A stretch of 63,685 nt of DNA, filler included, from Globobulimina sp. (taxonomy: Eukaryota), in NCBI GenBank assembly GCA_003354225.1. It is 20 parts of 20 records of this genome, joined end to end, with 100 filler letters (N's around TTAATTAATTAA, not from the genome) between each part and the next. Parts side by side here need not be neighbours in the genome. Positions count along the whole stretch, not along the records: positions 25,539 to 28,628 come from PIVH01003757.1; positions 28,729 to 31,817 come from PIVH01003758.1; positions 31,918 to 35,006 come from PIVH01003759.1; positions 35,107 to 38,194 come from PIVH01003760.1; 16 more parts are not named here. One strand, 5' to 3'. The notes beneath the pieces were generated by a model. The model was not told the origin of the DNA and made no database searches. It was given only the letters and a program-made list of their open reading frames with translations. The position numbers were made by a program, and so were the translations under genes. Numbering within the stretch: position 1 is the stretch's first letter; each line of letters opens with the position of its first letter. Below are positions 25,539 through 37,510 of this stretch, piece by piece.

Positions 25539-28525
25539 CAATTGGCGATGATGTTGATAAAATAAACAGTAATTTAGGTCGTTTGAACAATGATATTGAA
25601 CAAGAATTGGTATGGCTGCAGAACAAACTTGGCTCCTTATCGCCAGCGGGCAATATGACAACGCCGATTACTCCCTCAGTGTCAAGGTCTGTAGTATGCA
25701 AACTGCAACCAACACTGTCATGGGATGCCATCGACAAAGAAGCTGTGTTGTTAAATGAATTCGAACATCCGGTTGAATTCACTGTGGACTCTTTACAAAA
25801 TATTATGCTTTGCCCGCGTTTTAGATGTAAAAATAATGGCTATTATACTTACGTATTGCGCATTGAATTAATGTTTGGTTTGCAAATTTACAAATTTGTA
25901 TCGTGGGATATTACCATTCCCCAATCAAAAATATCGAATAATATTCAAATGCCTTCGGAATTTTGTAGCTTCTCCACAAGAGATGTAAGTTTGGAGTATG
26001 CTGTGTTGCCGCGAGAAGCTGTATGGTGTTTTACTTTGTATGGTATCAAAAAAGATGTCTCCATTGAACAGGATATAAAAAAACAAGACAAGAAAAAGAA
26101 AAAAAAAGAACCGAAAATTTTAAGGGCTTTTTTGAAGAGAAAAAAAGCAAATTCATCCGCTCATCAGTCAGAATCATCACATTCTGCGCATCATATATCG
26201 TCAAAATCTGTTGCTGACGATTTTGAACAAATGATTAAAAAAGAGCCAATTAACGATTTTTACAGTACTAGGTATCTGAAAATATATTGTTTGTATTAGA
26301 ATTCTTTTTAAATCATTTGTTATAAATATATCAGACCTGATACAGCGAAAACGTTTAATAAATCATTTAATTTTGCAGACGGAGATCAATATGAAAATAA
26401 GCAGTCGGCAGAAAGTAATAATAAATCTCAATATATTTCTGAGCCGATGGCTTGGTGCAGATTGCCAATGATCGATCATAAGCATTGTTTGAGGAAAGGG
26501 CTGCAATCCTTAAAATTATGGACAGTGCCAATATTTGAGAAAGTTAAAGGTGGCCCAAAAACCGATCCATATATGACAAACAATTGGAAGAAATTTGGTG
26601 CGATGAGAGATTGCAATTTGAATAAAAAACATACAGGAAATTCAGTGCTGTTGCTGATAAATTTTACTTTTGAAAATCATAAATTTGATGTAATTGCACC
26701 AATTGTGAATCAACGCAGACCTCATTATATTCGAAGAAAGATAAAAGCAAATAAAAAAAAACAATTTTCTGGAGCTGAAGTATTAAATAATATCATACAA
26801 AGAGATGGTATATTTCCATTGAATGAACGGGACAAATTATTGGTGTACAGCAACAAAGAGAAATTAATGAGGGATCCATCGACAATCGCAACATTCCTGC
26901 GGAGTGTGAATTGGTTGGATGAGGATTCCAGAATGGAGGCATATGATTATTTGGAGAAATGGAGTGCGCCTAAAAAATCACCTGAAGATATGATTGAACT
27001 TTTACGTTATGAGTTTGCTGATAATCGCGTACGATTATATGCAATAAATTGCTTAAATCAACTGGATGATTATACATTAAATGGGTGCTTGTTACAACTT
27101 GTTCAATTATGAAAATGCACTTTATATATTATATATAATTTAAATTTTATACTTATATATAAACTCAAGGCACTGAAGAATGAAACTCATCATTGTTCAT
27201 TTTTGTCACGCTTCTTAATTGTGAGGGCATTAAATAATCCATTCCAAATTGGTCATTATTTATTTTGGCACTTAAAATCCGAATATCATGAAAATAATCT
27301 ACAATTTGTTGAAAGATATGGTGTATTATTGGCAGAATATTTGCTACATTTACCATATTATCCTTTATTGAATAATTGCAATGCTAATATAAATCTAGCA
27401 AAGCAATTGTATGATGAAAATAATTTAATAAATAGGTTAAAATTCATATCATTGACAATTAAAAGTGCGAAATCAAAGAAAAAAGTTTCAAATAAAAATT
27501 TAATCAATTTACTCCATCACGAATTAATGAGATTAAATAATGATTTTTTTGGTGAACCCGGAGATGATATAGATACAAATGATAAAATAATCACATTGCC
27601 TCTGAATCCGTCATATGTGGTCCGCAGATTTGTGGTGGAGTCATGCAAATATATGTCATCCGCAAAAGTGCCGCTATGGTTAGTATTTGAATCAGCAGAC
27701 GAATATTATCAGGATACGATATCAATAATGTTTAAATGTGGTGATGATTTACGCCAAGATCTATTAGTCATGCAATTGATATGTATGATGGATGCCTTTT
27801 GGTTGAAAAAAGAAATTGATTTAAATATGAGAACCTATCAAGTGATTGGCACCGGATATCAGGTCGGAATGTTAGAATTGATATTAAACAGTCAAACTAT
27901 AAATAATATTACATCCTCATTCAATAATAAATCACATTTGAAATATATTAGTCAAAAAACAATAGTTAATCAGCATTTAGATTTAAATGAGAAGAACAAT
28001 AATTATCTGAAAAGTGTTGCGGGTTTCAGTGTGGCGACGTGGGTGCTTGGTATTGGTGATAGACATCCGGACAATATCATGATCCATGAGGATGGCACCT
28101 TATTTCATATTGATTTCGGCCATTTTTTAGGTAATTTTAAACAAAAAGATATTGTCGCTGGTTTAGTAAAATGGAAACGGGAACGAACGCCCTTTGTATT
28201 TACAAATGCGATGAAATATTGTATTTCTTTGGGGCAAAAAAGTGATAAAAAAGGATATACTCATTTTGTGAAATTATTATTTAATTCATTTTGTGAAATT
28301 CGGATCAGATATAAATTTTTCTTAAATTTATTGTTATTGATGGTGCCATCCCAAATACCGGAGTTGATCACGGAATCGGATGTCTCATATTTTCGACAAA
28401 TATTAAGATTTGATTTAAATGATAATGAGTCGATTGCATCTCATGTTGAAGCTACATTAAAATTTTGTTTAGCTGATAAAAATAAAAAATTTGACGATAT
28501 GATGCATAAAATAAATCATTTATAG
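25539..28525 (+). CDS. Phosphatidylinositol 3-kinase catalytic subunit (class I-like), 5'-partial
   Basis: C2 and helical domains, then SAKVPLW, FKCGDDLRQD, GIGDRHPDN, HIDFGHFLG and RERTPF. Introns 26272-26334 and about 27107-27169. Confidence 0.95.
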
Positions 28526-29045
28526 TCTTTATGTATGTAATTATTTAAGGTATTACAGGAATTGAATAATGTAATTAATATAATAGAATAATATACGGAT
28601 AACATAAGTGTTTATTGACATTTGTTCTNNNNNNNNNNNNNNNNNNNNNNNNNNNNNNNNNNNNNNNNNNNNTTAATTAATTAANNNNNNNNNNNNNNNN
28701 NNNNNNNNNNNNNNNNNNNNNNNNNNNNTCATCATTGTTATAATCAGAATTATCTGAATCGTCTGTGTCGGAATGGATTTTAATATGAGACGGGTGGTCT
28801 TTAATCAACGATAAAGGCAATTGATCCCATGTTGTTCGATGGTGAAATGTACGCAATACATAAGATTCATCACTTATGGAATGTATCCAATTCCCATTCT
28901 CTGTGTGTTCATTTCTCCATCGATGATTAATCGACATGTTATCGAATGCGATGCAAGAATTATAATTAAATTAAACTTGCATCTTCTATTAATAGACTAG
29001 TCGTAACTAAGATTTTTGAGTTAAAACTTTAAAAGTAAAGTAATC

Positions 29046-29438
29046 ATGGCTTGTTACGGTCCAAATAATCAATATTACATTCCTAGGCCACATTTATTCG
29101 GAAGTTGCGCAGATAAAGGAGCAAAAAACTTTTTATACGGCTGTGCTTATGGAGGTGCTATCTCATTGTTATTTTGTAATCCTTTGCCAAGAACAATGTA
29201 TATGGTTGGCGGATGGGGTCTTGCTTTTACATTGGGATTTACGCGCGGATTGTACAATCCTCCTGGATATCTAAAACGAACTGATGTGTTTAAACCTAAT
29301 CTTGATCGTGATTCGTTACGTCTATTTTTGTTTGTTGTCGTTATTTTGCGAATTTGCGACATATACAGTGATTGGATAAACAAGAATCAAATTGAAAAAT
29401 GGTTCCCAAGGACAGAATGTGTAGATTTAAGACCATAA
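29046..29438 (+). CDS. Small two-TM Gly-rich protein, possibly MICOS Mic10-like
   Basis: Pattern C-x-x-K...GCAYGGAISLLF...GGWGLAFTLG. Probably contains a short in-frame intron. Confidence 0.4.
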   Translation: MACYGPNNQYYIPRPHLFGSCADKGAKNFLYGCAYGGAISLLFCNPLPRTMYMVGGWGLAFTLGFTRGLYNPPGYLKRTDVFKPNLDRDSLRLFLFVVVILRICDIYSDWINKNQIEKWFPRTECVDLRP

Positions 29439-29735
29439 GAATGTTATTATTGATTTGCAAATGGATCCAAATCATATTAACAGGAAATGACTGTCAACAA
29501 AACATCACTAAAAAAATGGATCTCAATTGTTTTATCCTTGCACACAGCATCTATTTTTTATGATGCTTATTTCATTGCGCCTCTTCGACCATAGCACAGT
29601 ATATCAGACAAAAGTAGAGATCACACAGAACAGCACCTGAGCTTTATATTTCAAATATTTGTCATCTTGTTTTATGTACAAGATCAGTGTTTTCACAGAA
29701 ACAGTCAAAAAGTGTCGAGCTCGGAGATCTAGAGA

Positions 29736-31803
29736 ATGAGAATGATGTTGATTGTTGCATTTTTATTTGGGATTTTTGCATGTAATTTATCGTCTGATTT
29801 TTTATGGCCAACAGGGGGAGGTTCGATAACAAGTCAACAAAGAACCCCTGATTCAACGAATGTATATATCAACCAAGACAATATAGCATCTATACAAGAA
29901 AAATGTAAATACACCAAAACCAACGGGACAGCTACTTATGGATATATTACTGTTTATGTGTCAAACACGGGTGAATATCATGGTGTATTTGGTGATTTTT
30001 CTGGTTATATCACAAACATTAATTTGGATACATGTACTGAACATTGGTCAGTTAATATTGCGCAAGTATTAGGTGAAAATGTGGAATATGTAACAAGAAA
30101 TGGTATTTCATTATTTACAGACCCAACCACTCAGAATGAAGGAGTATTATTTGGCACTCCAAATGGCGGTCTTGCGGGAATTACACCAAATGCAAACAAA
30201 TACGCAGTGGCGTTGCATTTAAATACAGGTGGTTTAATGTGGTCGTTGCCAGTTGGCAATGGAGTATATGAAGAAATGGGCAGTATTCATGCAATGGCTG
30301 TTGACCCAAACGGTGAGTATGCATATTTTGGTATGAGTTCTGGCTGTAATTCTAGGGATCTTTCCGGAATTTGTAAATTTGTTGGTCGATTTGTTAAAAT
30401 TAGAATTGTTGATGTTCCAGCCATTGTTGACACATTTTATACCATTCCAAATGACAAATGGCCGCCAATTGATGGTCCTTATGACCGCAATTATTACCAA
30501 GGAGCGAGCTCATGGAACTGGCCTGCCATAATTGGTGATTATGTGGTGTTTGGGACGGGCAATTTATATTCAATGCCTAATGAAATCGAACAGTGTATGT
30601 TAGGTGGTGCTGTCCCACCAAATTCTAATCCAATTGATCCGTGCGGCATTGATAGATCTGATGATTATGTCCAATGGAGATGTCTCGAAGATAATATACA
30701 AGTTTCCGCATTTAATATTTTAAAAAGATTTACATCGGCAGAAGACCAATCATTTGAACATATAATATCCATTCCATTGCAAGGAACTGACGTATTTGGT
30801 ATGGATTGTGGGCTGGATGCGATACCATATGGAGTGCCATGGGATGATGAAATTTGTTATCCAGTAATAGCATCGGGAGCAGATGCGGACTTAGCGGCTG
30901 TTGCTGCATATACATACAATAACGGATTGTATGCAGCTGCTGTTTCTAAAGCAGGAATGTTTTATTCATTTGAAATACCATCAGGTGAATTAATTTTGGC
31001 TAAAAAACTTGGACCATGGAGTTCTTTGGGTGGTGGACAATTTTCAATTGCAGTGGATGAAGCGGCAATGATCGCAGTAGCTCATACGACTGCTGGTACA
31101 CAGGTTTATTATACCGTTTTATCAGATGATGTTGCGTATTGTGGTGGAAGTATTCATGCCATTGATTTAGTGATAGTTAAATTATATATATATAATTGTA
31201 CCTAGCTAATATATATATATATATATACTGTGCACTGTGTGATAGGGTCGAGTACTGTATGAAATACCAAATCCGTGGGCACTTTCTGGCAACGAATGTT
31301 TAGAATTAACGTTGGGTGATACAAACATTACAAAAGATGCATATATTGATTTTTCGACAGTAAATTCTGGTATTTGTCAACGAGGTGCAGTGGACACCGA
31401 AAATGTCGTAAAAAATATTGATATCAGTGATATTGTGGATGTAAACAGGACTTTGAATGTTGAAAATAAAGCAACGTTTTTTGCGGCGGTCACAATATCT
31501 AACAATTTATTGTATATTCCATCGGAAACAGGGGATATTTTCATTGTCAATTTATTGAGCGGGGACCATGTTTATACGCTGCGATGTGATTATCATACAC
31601 CGACACCAAATCTTCCTGCTTTTGGTACGCGAAGAGGTATCCGGGGCGGAGTTACTGTGGTTGAGGACAGAATTATTTATTACTGCGGTGATGGTACTTT
31701 AAATAGTCAGCTCATTGACAGCAATGGAATTATACATTCAATGCAATTACCGACAAATATTAAAAAAATAATGAAAAAAAAACGCACAGTTACTAGTAAT
31801 TAA
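29736..31803 (+). CDS. Secreted PQQ-type beta-propeller, polyvinyl-alcohol-dehydrogenase-like
   Basis: Signal peptide, ALHLNTGGLMW Trp-docking repeats, YFGMSS and GASSWNWPAI...GTGNLYSMP. Intron 31176-31245. Confidence 0.75.
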
Positions 31804-31935
31804 AAATAATATATTAANNNNNNNNNNNNNNNNNNNNNNNNNNNNNNNNNNNNNNNNNNNNTTAATTAATTAANNNNNNNNNNNNNNNNNNNNNNNNNNN
31901 NNNNNNNNNNNNNNNNNGTATGTAATCAAAAAAAC

Positions 31936-32445
31936 TTAAAATATAATAAAATGCGATTTCGTTTTATTTAACTTAATTTTGTTGATCACATCATAGAATT
32001 TGTCAATATTTATCAACACTAAATCCAGTGCGTTGGATGAACTGCTTTTATTAATAAATATTTCATATAATACATCGTTACATTCTATGATAATATTGAA
32101 CAATAAATAAAATACCAATTCTTCCACATCCCCATCCTTATTATCTTCAAATGTTTCCACCAACGTTTCAAATAACTCTTCAAAATGTTGAGTTTTTAAT
32201 GATTGGCTCCAGTTTCGTATGGTTTCAGCTTGCTTTTGATGAAAAAAATTTAATTCATCCATTGGATATTTTTTGTGTCGTCTTAAATCTGACGTATAAT
32301 TTTCCCAATCTTCCTGCAATTTGTCACAAATTTCAACAGGGTCATCAGTTATCGCTGCATATGGTATTTCCGCCTCGCCCTGCACTGTTTCTATGGTTTG
32401 TTTTTCTTCTGCTTCTTCATTATTTTGTTCCTCTGCATTGTACAT
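31936..32445 (-). CDS. Hypothetical acidic helical protein (may be downstream exons of the next gene)
   Basis: 169-aa ORF with coding-like composition, on the same strand directly after 32562-34961. Confidence 0.4.
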   Translation of the reverse strand: MYNAEEQNNEEAEEKQTIETVQGEAEIPYAAITDDPVEICDKLQEDWENYTSDLRRHKKYPMDELNFFHQKQAETIRNWSQSLKTQHFEELFETLVETFEDNKDGDVEELVFYLLFNIIIECNDVLYEIFINKSSSSNALDLVLINIDKFYDVINKIKLNKTKSHFIIF

Positions 32446-32561
32446 ACTTTGCTCCTTAACATAAGCACTGAATTAAATAATGGAATTTGTACAATGCGAT
32501 CATATGAAGCTGGACGAAAGAGTTTTGATCGGTTAATATTCTTTCTTCCAGCTTCATATTA

Positions 32562-34961
32562 TCATATACAAACAAATAAAAATTCCATTATTAATTCCTG
32601 TACCACATTCACTTTCTTTTTTTCCTCTAATGACATTGCTATAGGTCTAAAACGAGACAGTTTTCCACTTTCAACTTTCTGTATCTCTTTTTCGATATAA
32701 ATACGATGCTCATTGAACTCAGCAATCCTTAAATTAAATTGAATATCTTTAAATTTCTGTTCATACATTTTTATTGCCGACATTGAATCCAACTTATCAT
32801 TGTCATTCGCCTTTGTATTGGCTCTAAGCGATATTATCCTCAATCCGCATCTAAACATAGTTTCCAAATACATTCGAATGTGTTCAAGAACAGAAGCAGA
32901 CAATACAATATTTTCCAGCTCAATGCATTCAAGATTTGGAAATAATATGCTCAATAATTGAATATTTATCAATTCAGTCTCTGATTCAAACAATAAACTG
33001 TTTGAATACTCGATTTTCACATTCTTTTTATTGTTACAGTACAAATTAATTACATTTCTTGCATATTTGCTCAATGATCTGAACTCTTCATATTCTGCTA
33101 ATTTATATGAAAATTGATGCTCAATTATCCGTTTAACTAATTTGTGCATTCCATCAACAACAATATGTTGCCCACTGGTGATTTTCTCAATCATTTGTAT
33201 TGCACTTAATATACACGAATATTCATAACCGAGTTTCGTATCCGTAATATTATTGACATGCAAGCTCCACTTATTCTGCACAAACAAATGTTCATTTTCG
33301 TTGCCATAGTCGCTCAGCCACGAAACACTTAAATGTTTGGTTCTGGGCGTTCTGCCCGCTCCAAATTCAATAATTAATCCTTGATTGATATTCGTAAAAT
33401 TAGTAGCAACATGAAACGATGACGAAGTTGACAAAGGACAGTATATCAACACATCAATAATAGAGGGCAATAATAGCTGTTCACCAATTCCATGATAAAA
33501 CTTTTTAACATCACCGTCCTCAATGGAGAGTCCATATTTTTGAATCGCTTTTTTTAACAATTTGCCCAAATGGTAAAACTCTCGATGATCATTGATATTT
33601 TCGCGATAGGTCTTGCAAAATTGATGTTGAAATTGATCAAAATTACAATATACCATCAGTGCTAACACATCTTCGATCAACATATAGCTGTGATATTTCC
33701 TTCGGTAATAAGAGTCATAGAGAACTTGCGCCTTTTCAAATTCTGTAACGTAGTGATAAATTGATATCTGAGAGAGCTTATTCTCTGTCAATTCGTCTTT
33801 GAGAGTGGGATGGATTGCCTTTATTGTTACTGATGTAAAATCTTCATCGCCGGGATTGTCGTCATAAACAAAGCTAGTTCCAAAACAAAATAGTTTCTGA
33901 TCAGCGCCAATTTCATTTTTAATATGATTCTGCGGTTTCAAAGTGAATTGCTTATATTTTTTAATTCGCTGTTTATTTCCAATCCGTTGCTTTTTGTTCT
34001 GCGATAAAATCTTATTTAATCCACACAGCTTACTGTCAACTAAATATTTAACCATTTCTTTTTCAGCATCGTCTGTAATATTTTCGTTTTCAGTTTGCAG
34101 CAACTTTCGTTTCTGATAAGGTGTGAGTTTATAACCCATATCATAACTATGTGCATAGTAACAATGGATCTTATCGATAATTTGGTATTTGTGGGTATTG
34201 AATTTAGACTTACGATACTTTGTTCTGTCTCGATTATTTCGTTTAAAAATTTTGCATTCTACGATGTAACATTCACCGCCGAGCTTTCGATAGATTGCAT
34301 CGAATTTTTCATCAACATTATGGTTATTAGATAAATATAAAAAATCATTGGTTATTTTATTCATGTCGATTTCGTCAATGTTTATATGATCTCTGTACAC
34401 TGCATTCATAGCATCAGTCAGATGTTTTGCACATTTGTCAAAATCAAAAACGAAATCAATGTTGTTTGTCACCACTTCATCTGTCGGATTATTGTTTTGG
34501 TATAGTTCGTCATCTGAGCTTTCATCATCGCGGATTGCATTTGCAAGTTGAATCACTTCATTGTTTTCAAATGATTTTGCAATGGATTTGGTGACATCAA
34601 CAATATAATCATTATCATCGCATGGTGCTGATATCATGATATCATTAAATGGTTGATTCTGTGGATGATTACCTATATCATACTGCGGAGTTGATATTGC
34701 TTGCTTGCTTTCAATGATAGTGTCAATTTGTTTGTTTATTAAGTCGATGTGTATTTGGACTTGTTTTTCATTTGCTAAGTTTAATTCGCTTGTATGTTGT
34801 AATTGTGCTATTTCGGATCTTAAATTATCATTTTCTACCTTTAATTCGTCGATTTTTGTCTGCAATTCAGCATATTGATCTTGTTTTTCTTCACTATTTG
34901 CTTGGACTGCCATGGTTGAACCATCCATATTATTAATGAAGTAAACCAGTAGAATAATCAT
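32562..34961 (-). CDS. Coiled-coil protein with ADP-ribosyltransferase-like domain
   Basis: 799 aa. FYHG, PLSTSSSFHVATNF and SDYGNENEHLF occur in the order of the ART (R/H)-STS-ExE motifs. Confidence 0.65.
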   Translation of the reverse strand: MIILLVYFINNMDGSTMAVQANSEEKQDQYAELQTKIDELKVENDNLRSEIAQLQHTSELNLANEKQVQIHIDLINKQIDTIIESKQAISTPQYDIGNHPQNQPFNDIMISAPCDDNDYIVDVTKSIAKSFENNEVIQLANAIRDDESSDDELYQNNNPTDEVVTNNIDFVFDFDKCAKHLTDAMNAVYRDHINIDEIDMNKITNDFLYLSNNHNVDEKFDAIYRKLGGECYIVECKIFKRNNRDRTKYRKSKFNTHKYQIIDKIHCYYAHSYDMGYKLTPYQKRKLLQTENENITDDAEKEMVKYLVDSKLCGLNKILSQNKKQRIGNKQRIKKYKQFTLKPQNHIKNEIGADQKLFCFGTSFVYDDNPGDEDFTSVTIKAIHPTLKDELTENKLSQISIYHYVTEFEKAQVLYDSYYRRKYHSYMLIEDVLALMVYCNFDQFQHQFCKTYRENINDHREFYHLGKLLKKAIQKYGLSIEDGDVKKFYHGIGEQLLLPSIIDVLIYCPLSTSSSFHVATNFTNINQGLIIEFGAGRTPRTKHLSVSWLSDYGNENEHLFVQNKWSLHVNNITDTKLGYEYSCILSAIQMIEKITSGQHIVVDGMHKLVKRIIEHQFSYKLAEYEEFRSLSKYARNVINLYCNNKKNVKIEYSNSLLFESETELINIQLLSILFPNLECIELENIVLSASVLEHIRMYLETMFRCGLRIISLRANTKANDNDKLDSMSAIKMYEQKFKDIQFNLRIAEFNEHRIYIEKEIQKVESGKLSRFRPIAMSLEEKKKVNVVQELIMEFLFVCI

Positions 34962-35106
34962 GGCAGAACAGACAATATTCGTTACGCTTTTTTTCCGCCT
35001 CTTTCTNNNNNNNNNNNNNNNNNNNNNNNNNNNNNNNNNNNNNNNNNNNNTTAATTAATTAANNNNNNNNNNNNNNNNNNNNNNNNNNNNNNNNNNNNNN
35101 NNNNNN

Positions 35107-35764
35107 CCTTCCAATTGCGGTAAACCATTATTTGTGATTGCTTCACGCAATAAATCTCCGATATTGATACTATATCCACTCCGAGACGGATAGTGATAAT
35201 ACCAAAATGGTAAGCCATTTGCGGCAGCAATTGTCGGTCTAAACCATGTAAATAATTCGTTAAATGAATCCTGTGTTAAATATGGTGGTAGCGAACCAAT
35301 TGCATTCACACCACATTCTACCGCATATGCTGCCAACTCCACAGCTTCGTCAATCCGTGTTGCTGCGACATTAAATATAGCATATACGGCTGAAGAAGCA
35401 TTGTTATTCCGTATCGCCTGCATGTATAAATCACAGACAGTTTTACGTTCTGAAACTATATAATAAATGTCCTTTATAATATATATTTATTTTTCATGTG
35501 AAAATTATACAATTGTATCATACCAGACATTGTATCAAATTGTCCGTTTGAGCCACCGATCCAAAATATATTTACGCCATAATAAATGGCGGTGTCTACA
35601 ACCGACCCTATTGCAGCCTCATTAATTGTTGGCCGTATTGGGTCGTCATCGTTAAATGGCGTATACGGCGCATAAAAATAAGCAGGAGGTGTAATTACAT
35701 TGAAAATATCACCTTTCACGATGGTAATGAGAAATAAGAAGGCAAGCGAGTGAAAAGATACCAT
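35107..35764 (-). CDS. N-acetylneuraminate lyase/DapA-family protein with signal peptide, 3'-partial
   Basis: APYTPF, GGSNGQ, SERK, ELAAYA, GSLPPY and LPFWYYHYP. Intron 35456-35523. Confidence 0.8.
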
Positions 35765-35832
35765 TCTACACTGACAACGGACGGACGGACTGTAAACGTA
35801 CGTTTTTTGTTTGTGTGTTTTTGACATTAATA

Positions 35833-37072
35833 ATGGAAACAACAACAGCTGCGAATGATCCTTTAATCTCAAATCGAAGTAAACATAATGCAGTGAGTAA
35901 GTCAACATTGTACATATTATTGTCAATAATTGTTGTATTACTCGTCATTGTAATAATTTTATCAGCAACCGGAGCAAATGGTAGTTGGCCATTTACTGAA
36001 GAATCCACAAAAGATAGCACAAATTATAAACAATTTAAATTCCAATGGGCTCCATTCACGCCCTCATTGGATGATTATTCTCCTGAAGCGGTACCAACCA
36101 TCAATTTCAGTGCTATTCCATATTTAGCTGCGACTGCGCAAAAATTCGGTGCTGATAACCTGTTTATTGGTGGATCAAATGCGCAGGTTTAATATCTCCA
36201 TATTTATTAAATATACCGTTTTAGCATATAAATACATATTAGTTTGACACAATGACTGTGGACGAACGAAAACAGTTAATTGGCAGCTGGGTGAATGTAA
36301 CAGTCGAAGGCGGTTATGATTTTTATTTAATATTTCAAATATGTTCGACAAAATTATTCGAATCCGTAGAGTTGGCAGCCTACGCAAGAGAGTTATACGA
36401 TATCTATGGTAAACCGGATGCAGTGGGATCATTGCCTCCATTTTATGAGAAGCCATCAACAACGGATCAATTTGAACAGTTAATGACATGGTTTCGTCCC
36501 GTTGTCGACGCAGCGGCTCCATTACCATTTTGGTACTATCATTTACCCGGAACATCACTTGTTAATTTGGAGATGAATGAATTTGTGGATTATGCATATA
36601 ATGGCAATGCGCAGGGCACTTCCTTGCGGGAGTTGAAAGCGGGAGTGATATATTTCTAACAACTTCGCAATTCAGTGATGATGCCAATGGTGGAATGTAT
36701 GGAGGATTTGCGATGATGGTTTGGAACTCTCCGATAGTGTCATTTTCTGCATTTGATAAATTGGCAGGATTTGGACAAGATTATTATTGGATGCCAGTGA
36801 GGAAATGCATGTTGAAAGCAGTGGAAAATGGTCGTTATGATGAAGCGTATGATTATGAAGAATGGCGTCGTGAGATGGCGTCTTATATGACGCCTTTTGG
36901 GTTTGTGGCGCGAAGATGTCTCCATCAAAGAATATCTGGATTTGATATGGGTCCACCACGACAGCCGGATATTCCTATTCAGCAATCCGAATGTGATGCG
37001 ATGTTGAATGTGTTGGAAGGAGTTGGATTCTTTGATGAAATCGAACGACAAATAAGAGAATGTGTAAAATAA
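35833..37072 (+). CDS. Membrane-anchored N-acetylneuraminate lyase/DapA-family paralog, frameshifted near 36640 (possible pseudogene or misassembly)
   Basis: Signal anchor, APFTP, GGSNAQ, DERK, LPFWYYHLP and C-terminal GFDMGPPRQP. Intron 36187-36242. Frame change after ELK. Confidence 0.75.
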
Positions 37073-37510
37073 ATTAATATTTTGATATTATACGTACAGC
37101 TTTTGATCACTCTAATTCTTATTCTCTAAAGTGAGTCTAAACGATATATTCCATTGGATATTTTAAACCCCGGCCCCCTTTGTATACCGAAAATTCAATT
37201 ATAAATTTGTTTTGACTTTGTGCTGGATTTGCAAATGCAGTTAATGCGCTCCTTAATTTCTATCCGGAAAACAACACAGAAACGCTATACTTTAGAATAC
37301 TACCTTTTGGGAACACCGCGTGTTTGTAGTATTTTATCAGAAGTCAATAAAATCGTGCCCGGGAACTCAAAAACGTTACCGGATATGCACGATATAAAAC
37401 AATTTGAAATCCTATGGAGATTTACATGTAGTGCAAGGATAATGTATACAATTTCAAAAGAAAAGTGTTTCAAAAGGATACATAGTTGAAATTGAGCATA
37501 TTATGTACAT

